NCBI GenBank assembly: GCA_964549075.1
Contig: CAZJUB010000005.1
Location: forward strand, 3,103 to 67,102
Direction: 5' to 3'
DNA: 64,000 nt
From: an uncultured archaeon
GTDB taxonomy: Archaea > Asgardarchaeota > Heimdallarchaeia > Heimdallarchaeales > Heimdallarchaeaceae
Part shown: positions 1 through 9,998 of the stretch, piece after piece
Layout of the letters: every line of letters starts with the position of its first letter
Numbering within the stretch: position 1 is the first letter of the stretch
Position numbers and translations under genes: made by a program
The notes under the pieces: generated by a model
Told to the model about the DNA's origin: nothing
Databases searched by the model: none
The model's input: the letters and a program-made list of their open reading frames with translations, nothing else

Positions 1-1527
1 TGTATATTGTATCTCCACATCATGGAAATCAGCCAATTCTATATTATCTAAATTATGACTGAGTACTACTAAATCTGCAAGTTTTCCCTTTTCAATTGAG
101 CCTTTAATTTTATCTTCTCTTGAAACAATTGCAGGATAAAGAGTAAAACAGCGTATAGCTTCATCTAATGTTAATCTTAACTGTTCGTTTGGATGAAAAA
201 TAGCTCCTTTTAAGCCATAAAGAGGTCCTAAAGGCATTCCATCACTACCAAAAACAAGTAGTAAGTTGTGATCTAATACCCATCGAAATGGATTATTAAT
301 AAGAGTTCTTTCCTTTCCAATTCTCTGTTCATACATCCCATTAACACCTACCATCCCCCACCTCCAAACAAAATTAGGTTGCATGGAATATACTATACCA
401 TAATCTTTAGATCTTTCAATGTCTTCTAGTTGTAAAAGCTCAGCATGTTCAATGCGATGCATAGCTCGATAACATTCCTCAGGATCTATGTTCTTCATTA
501 TCGCAGTTATTAAGTTAGCAATTGCTTTATCACCTATAGCATGAGCTGCTATCTGAAGGTTGGCGTCATGAACTTTTCTTACCATGTCATCTAGACGCTT
601 TTCATCGTAAAGTGCAAATCCCTTTTCTCCTTTCTTATCAGAATAATCTTCATATAAATAAGCTGTTCGAGAGCTTATAGCTCCATCAGTCATCAATTTT
701 ACAGCACCTAAATGAAACCATTTATCTCCAAAAAATCTATCTAATCCAATTTTAATAGCTTCATCTAGCATATCTTCGTAAATAATTCCATATATTCTAA
801 TTCTAAGTTCATTATTTTCTGCTAAATACTTGTATGGGAGAAGATTTTCGAAAGTTATATTATCATGAACAGAAGTTATCCCTAGACTTAAACATTCATC
901 CATACCATAATTTAAACCCGTGATGAAATCATCAAAATTAGGTCGTATTTCTTTTTTATCTGATAAATCTATATCTCGTAAAGTACCTGTTGGTTTTCCT
1001 TCTTCGTTTAAATCTACACCTTTTTGAGAGGGATCAAGATTCAAACGTTCAAAAGCTAAGGAGTTTACAGTTTCAAAATGACCTGATACATGTCTAAGAA
1101 TCACAGGATTCTCTGGGCTAATTGGATCTAAATCCTCTGCGTTAATATACCGTTGTTCTGGCCACTTACTTTGATCCCATGAACGTCCTATTATCCATTC
1201 ACCGGGTTTCTTAGAATTCAAGGATATTTTAATTAAATCTAAAGCTTCTTGGAGACTTTTAGTTGAACCTAAGTCTAGATAGATTTTATTCATACCATTC
1301 CATGCTATGTGAGTATGAGCATCTATAAAACCAGGAATCACAGTCTCTTTATTTAGCTGAATTGTTTTCGTTTCAGGACCTATTAGCAACTGAATTTTTT
1401 TGTTATCTCCTACTTGAATAATTGTGTCTTGATAAATGGCAATAGCTTCAGCTCTTGGCTCATTTTGATTCATTGTCCAGATATTTGCATTTAGAATTAC
1501 AAGATCAGCAGAAATTTGTTTTGACAT
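1..1527 (-). CDS. Amidohydrolase-3 (YtcJ-like metal-dependent hydrolase), C-terminal end cut by window edge
   Basis: Not in the ORF track. My own translation of the minus strand from ATG at 1527 gives MSKQISADLVILNANIWTMNQNEPRAEAIAIYQD...ETVIPGFIDAHTHIAWNG (HxH metal site). The frame stays open for 509 codons down to base 1 (...ADFHDVEIQYT). Confidence 0.8.
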   Translation of the reverse strand, partial: MSKQISADLVILNANIWTMNQNEPRAEAIAIYQDTIIQVGDNKKIQLLIGPETKTIQLNKETVIPGFIDAHTHIAWNGMNKIYLDLGSTKSLQEALDLIKISLNSKKPGEWIIGRSWDQSKWPEQRYINAEDLDPISPENPVILRHVSGHFETVNSLAFERLNLDPSQKGVDLNEEGKPTGTLRDIDLSDKKEIRPNFDDFITGLNYGMDECLSLGITSVHDNITFENLLPYKYLAENNELRIRIYGIIYEDMLDEAIKIGLDRFFGDKWFHLGAVKLMTDGAISSRTAYLYEDYSDKKGEKGFALYDEKRLDDMVRKVHDANLQIAAHAIGDKAIANLITAIMKNIDPEECYRAMHRIEHAELLQLEDIERSKDYGIVYSMQPNFVWRWGMVGVNGMYEQRIGKERTLINNPFRWVLDHNLLLVFGSDGMPLGPLYGLKGAIFHPNEQLRLTLDEAIRCFTLYPAIVSREDKIKGSIEKGKLADLVVLSHNLDNIELADFHDVEIQYT

Positions 1528-1602
1528 AAAAAATAGAATGATTCAAACAGTTTTAAATCCTACTGTTTAGTTTTGAAAATTAAAAAGAAAGGAATATATA
1601 GA

Positions 1603-2523
1603 ATGCTATCTAGTTCTATTCTGAATGCTATGACCAAGGTAGCTTTAGTGTCTACTGAGAATAGACTAAAAGGAACAATTGATGTAATTGATTTACTTGG
1701 AATTAATCCTGTAAAAGGTAAAAAAGTTGTTTTAAAACCAAATTTCAATACAGCTGATCCGCCTCCAGCGTCTACCTCAACCGATGTGCTGAGATCTTTA
1801 ATTACAAAATTAAAAGAGATGGGAACAAAATCAATTACTATTGCAGAGCGAAGTGGTCCTATAAATACTCATGAATGTTTCAAACAAAAAGGTATGTACG
1901 AACTTGCAAAAGAATTGAATTTTGATTTAGTAAATCTTTCAGAAGCTTCAGTTGAAGATTTCATACTCCTAACACCAGAAAATAGCTTTTGGGAAAGAGG
2001 TTTTCTTTTTCCAATTATCTTCTATCAAGCTCAAAGTATCGTTGAAACTTGTTGTTTAAAGACTCATCAATATGGGGGGCATTTTAGCATGTCTTTGAAA
2101 AATGCCATTGGACTAGTACCTAGAAAAAATCTCAATGGAAGTTCGTATATGCGTGAGCTACACAGTTCAAAAGATCAGAGAAAGATGATTGCTGATATTA
2201 ATAGTGTCTATACTCCTGATTTAATAGTTTTAGACGGAGTCTCAGCCTTTGTTGATAAAGGTCCTGACAAAGGTATGCTAGTAAAACCAAATATTATGTT
2301 AGCTGGTACTGATAAAATTGCGATTGATGCGATTGGAGTTGCTATTCTCAGATTATACGATACTACTCCTGAAGTTTCTGAAGGGGATATTTTTGAACAA
2401 GAACAGATCGCACGTGCAGTAGAGTTAGGTTTAGGAATTTCATCAGCTAATGAAATAGAAATTATAACAAATTCTGAGGAAGCAGATAGGAAAACTGACA
2501 GAATTTATGAGAAACTACTTTGA
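1603..2523 (+). CDS. DUF362 domain protein
   Basis: Track ORF 1573..2523 begins at TTG; the first ATG is at 1603 (MLSSSILNAMTKVALV). KVVLKPNFNTADPP and GTDKIAIDAIG segments resemble DUF362 family members. Family call is from memory. Confidence 0.55.
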   Translation: MLSSSILNAMTKVALVSTENRLKGTIDVIDLLGINPVKGKKVVLKPNFNTADPPPASTSTDVLRSLITKLKEMGTKSITIAERSGPINTHECFKQKGMYELAKELNFDLVNLSEASVEDFILLTPENSFWERGFLFPIIFYQAQSIVETCCLKTHQYGGHFSMSLKNAIGLVPRKNLNGSSYMRELHSSKDQRKMIADINSVYTPDLIVLDGVSAFVDKGPDKGMLVKPNIMLAGTDKIAIDAIGVAILRLYDTTPEVSEGDIFEQEQIARAVELGLGISSANEIEIITNSEEADRKTDRIYEKLL

Positions 2524-2601
2524 CTAAACATGCTTAAATATTACTAGTTACTGAATATCACTGCTTAAAAGCTAGATTCTACTATTGGTTGTGCAAAAAT
2601 A

Positions 2602-3960
2602 ATGGTTAGCATTGACACAGATCTTGGTCCTCAGACAGATATAAAAACAAATATCAAAGAAGTACTAAAAGCTCCAGAAACTAGAGAGGTTTTAGCATTT
2701 CTTATCTCACAATTCCTTGCTTTTGCGATCTATGCGTCGATTAGTCAACTCTTTCCATTATATCTCTTGGAAATTGAATCAACAAAAATCATTAATTATT
2801 CAAAGATATATTTTCTTCAAGGTTTAACATCTTTAACTATCGAGGATTATGGAAGATTAATTAGTATAGCAGTACTCGTAAAATGGGGTATTATTGCTAC
2901 AGCTTACACTTTTGCAGGTTTAATTGGTAGAATTCCTAGTGGGTGGCTTATAGAAAAATTTGGTAGAAAAATCTCAATAATAGTATCTTTTAGTCTGATG
3001 TTAGTTTCAGTTGGATGTTTAATCATAACAGATAATACAGCTGTACTAGCTTTGCTTTTTGTCATTCTCAGACTAACAAATAACTCGTTTGGATTAGCGA
3101 GTAGATCACTTCTTTCAGATCTTAAGACTAGTTATAAGGGATTATACAATTCTCTTATATCAAGTGCAGGAAGGTTGGGAACACTTGTGGGTTCCCTTAG
3201 CTTAGGAGTGGTTCTTAATTTCCTTCCAGGCTATGTTATGATCCTATGTGGTGTGTTTTTAACTGTAATTGGTTTTGTTTCATTTCAACTAATATTTGTT
3301 AAAGGAAAAGCTGAAACAATACACTTTATTCGAAGAGTAGATATTAAAAAAGGAAAGAAGGAGAAACTTGATTTCAAGATTTTTAAATCTAAAACTTTTA
3401 TTTTTTTCACATTAAGCTTTATTGTTTTTGGTTTAATTGCTGGAATTACAGATCCAATATTATCCTTATATGGAGCTGAGTTGGAGCTTTCGGAAAGTAC
3501 TATAGGTATAGTACTAGGTTTATCACAATTAAGTTTTATATTGTTATCCCCGATCATTGGATGGATCATATCAAGTAAGCCAAAAATAATAGATGTATTA
3601 CTATTCACTTCAGCTGTGATAATGATTTTCAACTATCTTTTAATCTATTTAATTCCAGATAGTACAGCGATTTATACGATTACACTTTTTGGTAAAAATC
3701 TAGCGCAAGCTTTATTCTTTCCTGTAGTTTTTACGATTTTAACTTATGAATTACCTAAAGCACATTTCTCTATTTTATATTCAATTTTAACTACTGGGTT
3801 CTTTGCAGGAGTTACAGGCACAGCATATCTTTCTACACATTTGTTTTCAATATCAAGGACATTACCTTGGTTATTTTCTGTGATTTCAGCAATAGTTCTA
3901 ACAATAATCATTAGTTCATATTTTCTAATGAAAAAGAGAGACGATAAACAAAGAATTTAG
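2602..3960 (+). CDS. MFS-type transporter
   Basis: 452 aa with about 12 hydrophobic helices in a 6+6 layout, split by a basic loop (RRVDIKKGKKEKLDFK). GRIPSGWLIEKFGRK resembles MFS motif A. Confidence 0.6.
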   Translation: MVSIDTDLGPQTDIKTNIKEVLKAPETREVLAFLISQFLAFAIYASISQLFPLYLLEIESTKIINYSKIYFLQGLTSLTIEDYGRLISIAVLVKWGIIATAYTFAGLIGRIPSGWLIEKFGRKISIIVSFSLMLVSVGCLIITDNTAVLALLFVILRLTNNSFGLASRSLLSDLKTSYKGLYNSLISSAGRLGTLVGSLSLGVVLNFLPGYVMILCGVFLTVIGFVSFQLIFVKGKAETIHFIRRVDIKKGKKEKLDFKIFKSKTFIFFTLSFIVFGLIAGITDPILSLYGAELELSESTIGIVLGLSQLSFILLSPIIGWIISSKPKIIDVLLFTSAVIMIFNYLLIYLIPDSTAIYTITLFGKNLAQALFFPVVFTILTYELPKAHFSILYSILTTGFFAGVTGTAYLSTHLFSISRTLPWLFSVISAIVLTIIISSYFLMKKRDDKQRI

Positions 3961-4013
3961 CTTTAGATTGATTATTTTGAGGTGTTTAAATAGTTGAGTA
4001 AAGGATAATCTTT

Positions 4014-5096
4014 GTGTCAATTGAGATAGAAAACCTGTGTAAAGAGTATCAGAAAAAAGGAAAGAAAATTGTTGCCTTAGATAACATTTCATTAAATATA
4101 AGGGAAGGAGAATTTATAGGACTTTTGGGTCCCAATGGGGCAGGAAAGACCACTTTAACCAAGATTTTATCTACCCTTCTTCTTCCTACTTCAGGCGAAG
4201 CTTATATCAACGATGTTTCTGTTAAAGACGATAAAAATATTAGAAAACTTATAGGTGCTGTTTTTGGAGAAACTGGCGGAAGAAGTCTTTATTATCGTCT
4301 TTCAATTGAGGATAACTTGCTCTTTTATAGCACACTAAGTGGTTTAAGTAAAAATATAGCAAAAAAACGCATCTCTTCTTTGTTAAATTATTATGATCTT
4401 GAAGATAAAAGAAAAACTTTGGTGATGAAACTTTCTACTGGGATGAAAGCAAAGATTCTATTAATTAGAGCTCTAATTCCATTTCCTCAGGTTTTACTCT
4501 TAGATGAACCTACTCTTGGATTTGATGCTGAAAGTTCTGAGAAAACAAAAGATTTACTTAACGAATTTAACAGAGAGTTTGGTACTACTATTCTTTTAAC
4601 CAGTCATAATTTTCCAGAAATTGATGAACTCACTTCGCGTTTAATATTAATAGATAGAGGACAAGTTGTTCAAGATTGTGAACCTATATTATTCAAAAAA
4701 ACAGCTGTTCAAGAATATATTCATCTAATTTTCTCTTTACCTCCATTACCAACAAGTGGTTCTGGAATGTCTAAACTCCCCACTGAAGTTTTCAAGAAAC
4801 TTGTAAAAGATTCAGCAGGTGCAGAGATTTTATCTTTGAAAGAGAAAGATAGTTTCAATTTCGTATACGAGGCTACAGTTCAACCTAAACAATTTTCTTT
4901 AAATGACACTATTTCAAGAATAACAGTACTAATCTTAAGAGCTAGTGGAGAAATCTTTAAGATAGCACCATATATGCCGAGTTTGAAGGAATCTTTTCTT
5001 GCTTTTCTTGAAATAAATAAACAGGAAAACTCTGTAAGTATAGAAAAAACAATCGATGAGATATTCACTTTTCCAATGCAAGAGGAGGATGTTTAA
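4014..5096 (+). CDS. ABC transporter ATP-binding protein (ABC-2 system) with non-NBD C-terminal extension
   Basis: Walker A GPNGAGKTT, signature LSTGMKAK, Walker B LLLLDEPT. GTG start. About 130 residues follow the NBD. Confidence 0.85.
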   Translation: MSIEIENLCKEYQKKGKKIVALDNISLNIREGEFIGLLGPNGAGKTTLTKILSTLLLPTSGEAYINDVSVKDDKNIRKLIGAVFGETGGRSLYYRLSIEDNLLFYSTLSGLSKNIAKKRISSLLNYYDLEDKRKTLVMKLSTGMKAKILLIRALIPFPQVLLLDEPTLGFDAESSEKTKDLLNEFNREFGTTILLTSHNFPEIDELTSRLILIDRGQVVQDCEPILFKKTAVQEYIHLIFSLPPLPTSGSGMSKLPTEVFKKLVKDSAGAEILSLKEKDSFNFVYEATVQPKQFSLNDTISRITVLILRASGEIFKIAPYMPSLKESFLAFLEINKQENSVSIEKTIDEIFTFPMQEEDV

Positions 5097-5176
5097 TTAT
5101 TTCTCATCAATTAATAGATGTTCTCTCATCTTTTAGTGTAACTACTCGAAAATCTTCTTTTTATACAAGAATAGGA

Positions 5177-5962
5177 GTGATTTTCAAAACGAGAATTAAA
5201 ATGGCCATAAGTTATAAGAGCAGTTACTTGATGACCATTTTTCTAAATTTAGTTACAATAATTATGTATTTCTTCTTTAGTAAATTAAATCCTGACTTGA
5301 CAATATTTGGAATCTCTTCAACTTATCTTGAATTCTGTTTCTTAGGATTGAGTTTACAGATGATAATTGGTACTTCACTATCAACCGTTTGTGGAAGTTT
5401 GTATAACGAGATAATAACAGGAACATGGTCGACATTACTTCTAAATTTTAATTTTCTAGAATATGCTATTGGAAACACAATAGCAGGTGTCCTCTTAGCA
5501 TCAGTCTCAGTTGTAATTGCTTTATCATTAGCTTTCTTATTTATGGGGGCATTTTACATTATATCTTTTCAAGAGCTTCTGTTAATTTTCATTTTATTTA
5601 TCTTAATTTTGTTATCACACATGGCAATATCAATGATTTTCAGCTCTTTTACGATTTACTACCAAAAAGATAGTGGTCTTGTTTCTTTACTTTACCAATT
5701 ATCTAAAACATTTACAGGAGTAGTTTTTCCAATAGCTCTGCTCAAAGGTTTCCCTTTGTTTTTATCTAAAATTTTACCATTGACATATGGATTAGAAGCA
5801 CTTCAGTCAATTGCACTAAGTGATTCAGTAGATTGGGTGTTAATACTTGGGAATAGTATAATATTAATTGTAATAACTGCAATTTTAGGGATTGCTTCCT
5901 ATTTTCTTGTTAATTGGAGCATTCGACATTCAAAGAAATATAATAAAGTGGATTGGTACTAA
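5177..5962 (+). CDS. ABC-2 type transporter permease
   Basis: 261 aa, about 6 TM helices, directly downstream of the ABC ATPase. GTG start preceded by AGGAG. Confidence 0.55.
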   Translation: MIFKTRIKMAISYKSSYLMTIFLNLVTIIMYFFFSKLNPDLTIFGISSTYLEFCFLGLSLQMIIGTSLSTVCGSLYNEIITGTWSTLLLNFNFLEYAIGNTIAGVLLASVSVVIALSLAFLFMGAFYIISFQELLLIFILFILILLSHMAISMIFSSFTIYYQKDSGLVSLLYQLSKTFTGVVFPIALLKGFPLFLSKILPLTYGLEALQSIALSDSVDWVLILGNSIILIVITAILGIASYFLVNWSIRHSKKYNKVDWY

Positions 5963-6846
5963 TGTCAGTTGAGAAAACAGCTAAAGTAATAAATCAATTT
6001 AGTAGTTCAGAAAAAACAATTAGTTTTATAGTGGGATTTAGAGCCACTTTCAGCAGAAATCTTAAGATTATTTGGCAGTATAAATTTTCTCTTTTAATTG
6101 GTTTTGTAAACACATTCACTGTAGCTTGTTTATTTTATTATATAGCTAACTTAGTTCCAAACCAATTAATTAGTCAAGATGGTTATTCTGTTAATAGTGT
6201 ACCATTTATCTTTGCAGGTAGCATGTTGGTAGACATATCGACAAGGATTTTGATGAAAGCGATGAATAGTTTTACAAGCGAGATAAGACAAGGAACTTTT
6301 GAAACCCTAGCAACACAACCATTTGGTTTAAAAAAATATTTTTTTTCAGAAATAACTTTTGAAGTTTTATATGGTTTATTTTTCTCTTTAATTTATTATA
6401 TCCCGGTTCTGTTAATTTTCCCAATATTTAGAGGGATAAAAGTAGATGTTGTTTCTGTAATATCATTTTTGTTACTTCTTGTTTTTGTTTTCCTATTTTT
6501 CTTCTCCCTATCTCTATTGGCAGCCAATATTACTATATTGGTAAAAAGGGGGAGAGAGATTTCCATGGTAATTATTGGTGTCCTACACTTATTGAGTGGA
6601 ACTCTCTTCCCTCTCTCCCTCTTTCCGAATTGGTTAAGAATAATAGCCTATTTTTCACCTATGACTCTAGCTGTCCAAGCTTTCAGATTGTGTCTTTTTG
6701 GTAATGGAACAATTGGAGATTTTTCAGTTTGGATGTCAATTTTAATTTTAGCAGTTACATCTTTAATAATACTTCTTCTTTTCAATTTAACTTACAAGAA
6801 AATCTACAAAAGAATCAGATCAAAGGGGACAATTCATGAATATTGA
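5953..6846 (+). CDS. ABC-2 type transporter permease (second subunit)
   Basis: 297 aa, about 6 TM helices. Overlaps the preceding permease gene by 10 nt (translational coupling). Confidence 0.55.
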   Translation: MVLMSVEKTAKVINQFSSSEKTISFIVGFRATFSRNLKIIWQYKFSLLIGFVNTFTVACLFYYIANLVPNQLISQDGYSVNSVPFIFAGSMLVDISTRILMKAMNSFTSEIRQGTFETLATQPFGLKKYFFSEITFEVLYGLFFSLIYYIPVLLIFPIFRGIKVDVVSVISFLLLLVFVFLFFFSLSLLAANITILVKRGREISMVIIGVLHLLSGTLFPLSLFPNWLRIIAYFSPMTLAVQAFRLCLFGNGTIGDFSVWMSILILAVTSLIILLLFNLTYKKIYKRIRSKGTIHEY

Positions 6847-6865
6847 GTATTATAGGTTTTGTTGT

Positions 6866-7510
6866 TTATTGAAACAAATTAAGGAATCTATTTGTGGTTT
6901 CTTTAATATCTTCAGCTTGAGTAATGGCTCTACCTACGACTATTATATCAGCACCATTATTGAGAGCTCTTTTGCTAGTTTCAAGATTTAAACCTCCTGC
7001 AACTGCAATTAACGTTTTATCATATCTTTCTTTTATATTTTGAATAATATTCCAAGGATGATCCATCCTTTTTTCCTGATCAATACCTCTATGAAATAAG
7101 ATAATTTCTGGCATTCTTTTAAGAGAATCCAACAAAACGATTGGATTTTCTACATTCATACAGTCAAGAATTATATCTACATTTCGTATTTTGCTTTCAT
7201 CTAAGGATGATTCAATAGTTTCTAAAGATGCCAGTCCACTTACAACTATAGCATTAGCTGAAGATTCAGCACCAATTTGAACTTCTAACCAGCCTACATC
7301 AAGAGTTTTCATATCTGCAATTATATAAGAATCTGGATGATTTTCTCGAATTTTATTTATTATGGAAACACTAAATTTCTTTATTAAAGGTGTTCCAGCT
7401 TCAATGATAATTTTCTTATCTAAGGGGATTTGACTTAATATTTTCTCTAAATCAGATAATAACACGATATCTAATGCTATCTGTAAAAGAGGAGGACTGA
7501 GTTTAGTCAT
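6866..7510 (-). CDS. 3-hexulose-6-phosphate synthase-like (OMP decarboxylase-fold HPS/KGPDC family)
   Basis: LQIALD, IIEAGTPLIKK, ADMKTLDVG, IAVAGGLNLET and IIVVGRAITQA motifs, typical of HPS family TIM barrels. Confidence 0.7.
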   Translation of the reverse strand: MTKLSPPLLQIALDIVLLSDLEKILSQIPLDKKIIIEAGTPLIKKFSVSIINKIRENHPDSYIIADMKTLDVGWLEVQIGAESSANAIVVSGLASLETIESSLDESKIRNVDIILDCMNVENPIVLLDSLKRMPEIILFHRGIDQEKRMDHPWNIIQNIKERYDKTLIAVAGGLNLETSKRALNNGADIIVVGRAITQAEDIKETTNRFLNLFQ

Positions 7511-7513
7511 AAA

Positions 7514-8872
7514 TCAAACACTCAATAATTTTGTTTTCAAACCTTCTTGAATTAATCTAGGTTGGGCTATATCTTTAACATAATTTAAGATATATTCTTG
7601 GTTTCTTTTATCTCCATGAATAAGTATTATATCTTGAGCTTTTGTTTCTTTCATTAAATACTTTAATCCATCAGCAGAACTGTGTCCAGAATAGGGAAAT
7701 TTCATGACTTTAGATTTTAAAACGATATTTTTCTTTCTACCTCTACCATTATCTAAAGTTATATGTCTTTCACCATCATAAATATCTCTACCAAGAGTAC
7801 CATCAACCTGGTATCCAGTAAAAGCGACAACATTTTCCTCATTGTCACCACACAGTTCTAGATAGGTATGCACAGGACCACCTTCTAGCATTCCAGAAGT
7901 TGTAACTATAATAGATCCTTCATTACTACGAGCAACATATTTTCTAGCAGAATTAGGTCTATCTGAGAGAGAGCTCACTGGAATAAAGTTACTCCTGTCA
8001 AAAGGAGATTGTAAACCTGCTTCCTTGAGTTGAGATAAGAATCGTTGTGAAACCCATTTATCTGAGAGATAATTTTCTGTAATCATATTCATAACATTAA
8101 TCATACCATCTATGTAAATTGGAACATCAGCTAAATCATCGTCAAGAGCTAGTGTAATAAGAGTTTCTTGTGATCTACCTACTGCAAAAGAAGGTAAAAT
8201 CATTTTATGTTTCTCAGATGTTAATTGTTTTGCTATAAGACGAAAACCCACATTAATTTTTGATCTTTCAGGAACATATCTATCTCCATTTGTTGATTCT
8301 GTTATGAGAACATCTATCTCTTCCTTTGGAATCTCATATCCATCAAACATAGGTGTTATTCTATCGTTTATATCAGCAGTATAGAGAATTTGCCTACCTT
8401 CCCAATCAATTAAGATTTGTGCAGCACCTAGAACATGACCAGCATTAAGGAAAGTTGCAGAAATTCCATCTGCTAGTTTGAAAGGTTTGTTATAATTTAA
8501 TGTTTGAATTTTGTGATACACTCTATCTAAATCTGATTCTCCCCAATGTCGTCTACCTTCTATTTTTAAATGATCTAGCCACAATCTGTAAGCTATTTCC
8601 TTTGTAGGATGAGTCATGAAATAATTCCCTCTGTAACCATTTCTAGAAAGAGAAGGCATATATCCAGAATGGTCGATATGCGCATGACTAAGAAGTACTG
8701 CATCTAAAGAAGATGCAACAAAATCAACAGCTTTTGGAGCAATAGAAAATTGTTTTGGGACAAGTTGTAAACCACAGTCTAACAGAATTTTATGTTCTTT
8801 ATCGCTTAGTAGAAAAGCGCTTCTTCCCACATAGTTGGTTGCACCATAGGCTGTGATGTCTATATCGTTCAT
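7514..8872 (-). CDS. Metallo-beta-lactamase / beta-CASP ribonuclease (aCPSF2-like)
   Basis: LLDCG (motif 1), HAHIDHSG (2), AGHVLGAA (3), YTADI (4), ESTNGD (A), YSGHSS (B), LIHGD (C). Lies 3 nt upstream of the HPS-like gene on the same strand. Confidence 0.8.
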   Translation of the reverse strand: MNDIDITAYGATNYVGRSAFLLSDKEHKILLDCGLQLVPKQFSIAPKAVDFVASSLDAVLLSHAHIDHSGYMPSLSRNGYRGNYFMTHPTKEIAYRLWLDHLKIEGRRHWGESDLDRVYHKIQTLNYNKPFKLADGISATFLNAGHVLGAAQILIDWEGRQILYTADINDRITPMFDGYEIPKEEIDVLITESTNGDRYVPERSKINVGFRLIAKQLTSEKHKMILPSFAVGRSQETLITLALDDDLADVPIYIDGMINVMNMITENYLSDKWVSQRFLSQLKEAGLQSPFDRSNFIPVSSLSDRPNSARKYVARSNEGSIIVTTSGMLEGGPVHTYLELCGDNEENVVAFTGYQVDGTLGRDIYDGERHITLDNGRGRKKNIVLKSKVMKFPYSGHSSADGLKYLMKETKAQDIILIHGDKRNQEYILNYVKDIAQPRLIQEGLKTKLLSV

Positions 8873-9093
8873 TTTCTCAGTATTCCTGTTGCATATAGAA
8901 GCAAAAATAATGTAATAAAAAGATTACTTCATTCTATCTTCGCAAGAAAGGGATTAAATAACAAGTAAATATATATTGTCATTGTAGAACTTATTGAACA
9001 GATTCCTTAAAATCTTCAACTGTTGGTAATTTAAATTTACAATAGTTTTAATAGTTTATTAACCAATGGTATTTAGAATATATAGTGAGAGCA

Positions 9094-9813
9094 ATGGCAC
9101 CTGATAAAGAAAACAACAAGAAAAAAAAGCCAGATTTTCGTTCAGATCTTGCTGACGCTTACAAGGATTTTGACCAAGAATTGGAAAAAAGCCAAGAAAA
9201 AGACAAACATAAGAGACAAGAAGTAATAGATGAAGGATTGCAACAAGTAGAAAAGAAATCAACAAAAGAATTAGTATCATCTAAATTACTTGTTAATAGA
9301 ATTTTAGAAATAAGAAAGAAAGCTGGACTAGCTCAAACAATTGGAACAGCAGGTAAGGTTAAAGCTCCCATCATTTTCGGGAAAGATGAATTCAAACAAA
9401 AACTTGTGCAAGAAATCTTAGTTATAGGAACAGAAGAGCTAGAACCTATAGGTTCCGCTATTACTATTATCAATTTAATAGATTATTTCAGAGAAACTCG
9501 ACCTAATTGGAAAATAAAGACTGGAGATATAATTGAGGTAATTAAGCAACTAGAGAAGAAAAAAGTGATTCCTCCAAGAGTTGATATTGGAGAAGATGAA
9601 GTATTAATCAGATTCAAACCTATAGAATTATCAAATGATTTACAAGAAATTTTACGACTTGCTACAGGATTGCCATCTCTTTCTGTTGAAAAAGTTGCTT
9701 CACATCTGGGATGGCCATTAGAGAGAGCACAAAGTACTTTAACTCTGATGATGAAGATGGATTTAGCAGTTCTAGATGAAAGTTCTGGTGAATATTACTT
9801 CCCGGGAATTTGA
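9094..9813 (+). CDS. EAP30 (ESCRT-II Vps22/Vps36)-like tandem winged-helix protein
   Basis: Track ORF starts at GTG 9085; first ATG at 9094. The C-terminal 140 aa run parallel to human SNF8/VPS22 as I recall it: ITIINLIDYF..GDIIEVIKQLEK vs ITLEELHQQV..DDLIRAIKKLKA; LIRFKPIELSNDLQEILRLA vs LIQSVPAELNMDHTVVLQLA; LSVEKVASHLGWPLERAQSTLTLMMKMDLAVLDESSGEYYFPG vs VTVSEIKASLKWETERARQVLEHLLKEGLAWLDLQAPGEAHYWLPA. The N-terminus is basic (KKKK), like helix H0 of Vps22. Confidence 0.6.
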   Translation: MAPDKENNKKKKPDFRSDLADAYKDFDQELEKSQEKDKHKRQEVIDEGLQQVEKKSTKELVSSKLLVNRILEIRKKAGLAQTIGTAGKVKAPIIFGKDEFKQKLVQEILVIGTEELEPIGSAITIINLIDYFRETRPNWKIKTGDIIEVIKQLEKKKVIPPRVDIGEDEVLIRFKPIELSNDLQEILRLATGLPSLSVEKVASHLGWPLERAQSTLTLMMKMDLAVLDESSGEYYFPGI

Positions 9814-9930
9814 GTCTATAAGAAGTAAGTCAAGAGGTAAAAATTGTCAAAGCCAAAGACTAGAGGAAGTTTTATTTAATTTTCTTGCATTTTGCGAAGA
9901 ATTTATAAGCATTGATGGTACGATTCACTT

Positions 9931-9982
9931 GGTGAAATCTCACACTTGTTTTGCGAGATTTCACCCTCCCTCCCTCATTTTT
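9931..9982 (+). terminator. Perfect 11-bp hairpin followed by a C-rich tract and T5 (terminator or small RNA 3' end)
   Basis: GGTGAAATCTC (9931-9941), 13-nt loop, GAGATTTCACC (9955-9965), then CCCTCCCTCCCTC (9964-9976) and TTTTT (9978-9982). Sits in the 185-nt spacer between convergent genes. Confidence 0.4.
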
Positions 9983-9998
9983 CTTATCTTATAGAATT

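Noticed and set aside
3285-3632. 115-aa minus-strand ORF inside the MFS gene. Comparable antisense ORFs lie at 34286..34633, 35918..36166, 37925..38314, 30748..31059, 14061..14336 and 41320..42288.
   Set aside because: Each is embedded antisense in a longer ORF with recognisable domains or topology. None has its own motif or SD.
9776-9994. 72-aa ORF overlapping the end of the EAP30-like gene and spanning the convergent spacer.
   Set aside because: It has no SD and an odd composition, and it runs straight through the perfect hairpin and C-rich tract. That region is more plausibly non-coding (terminator or sRNA).
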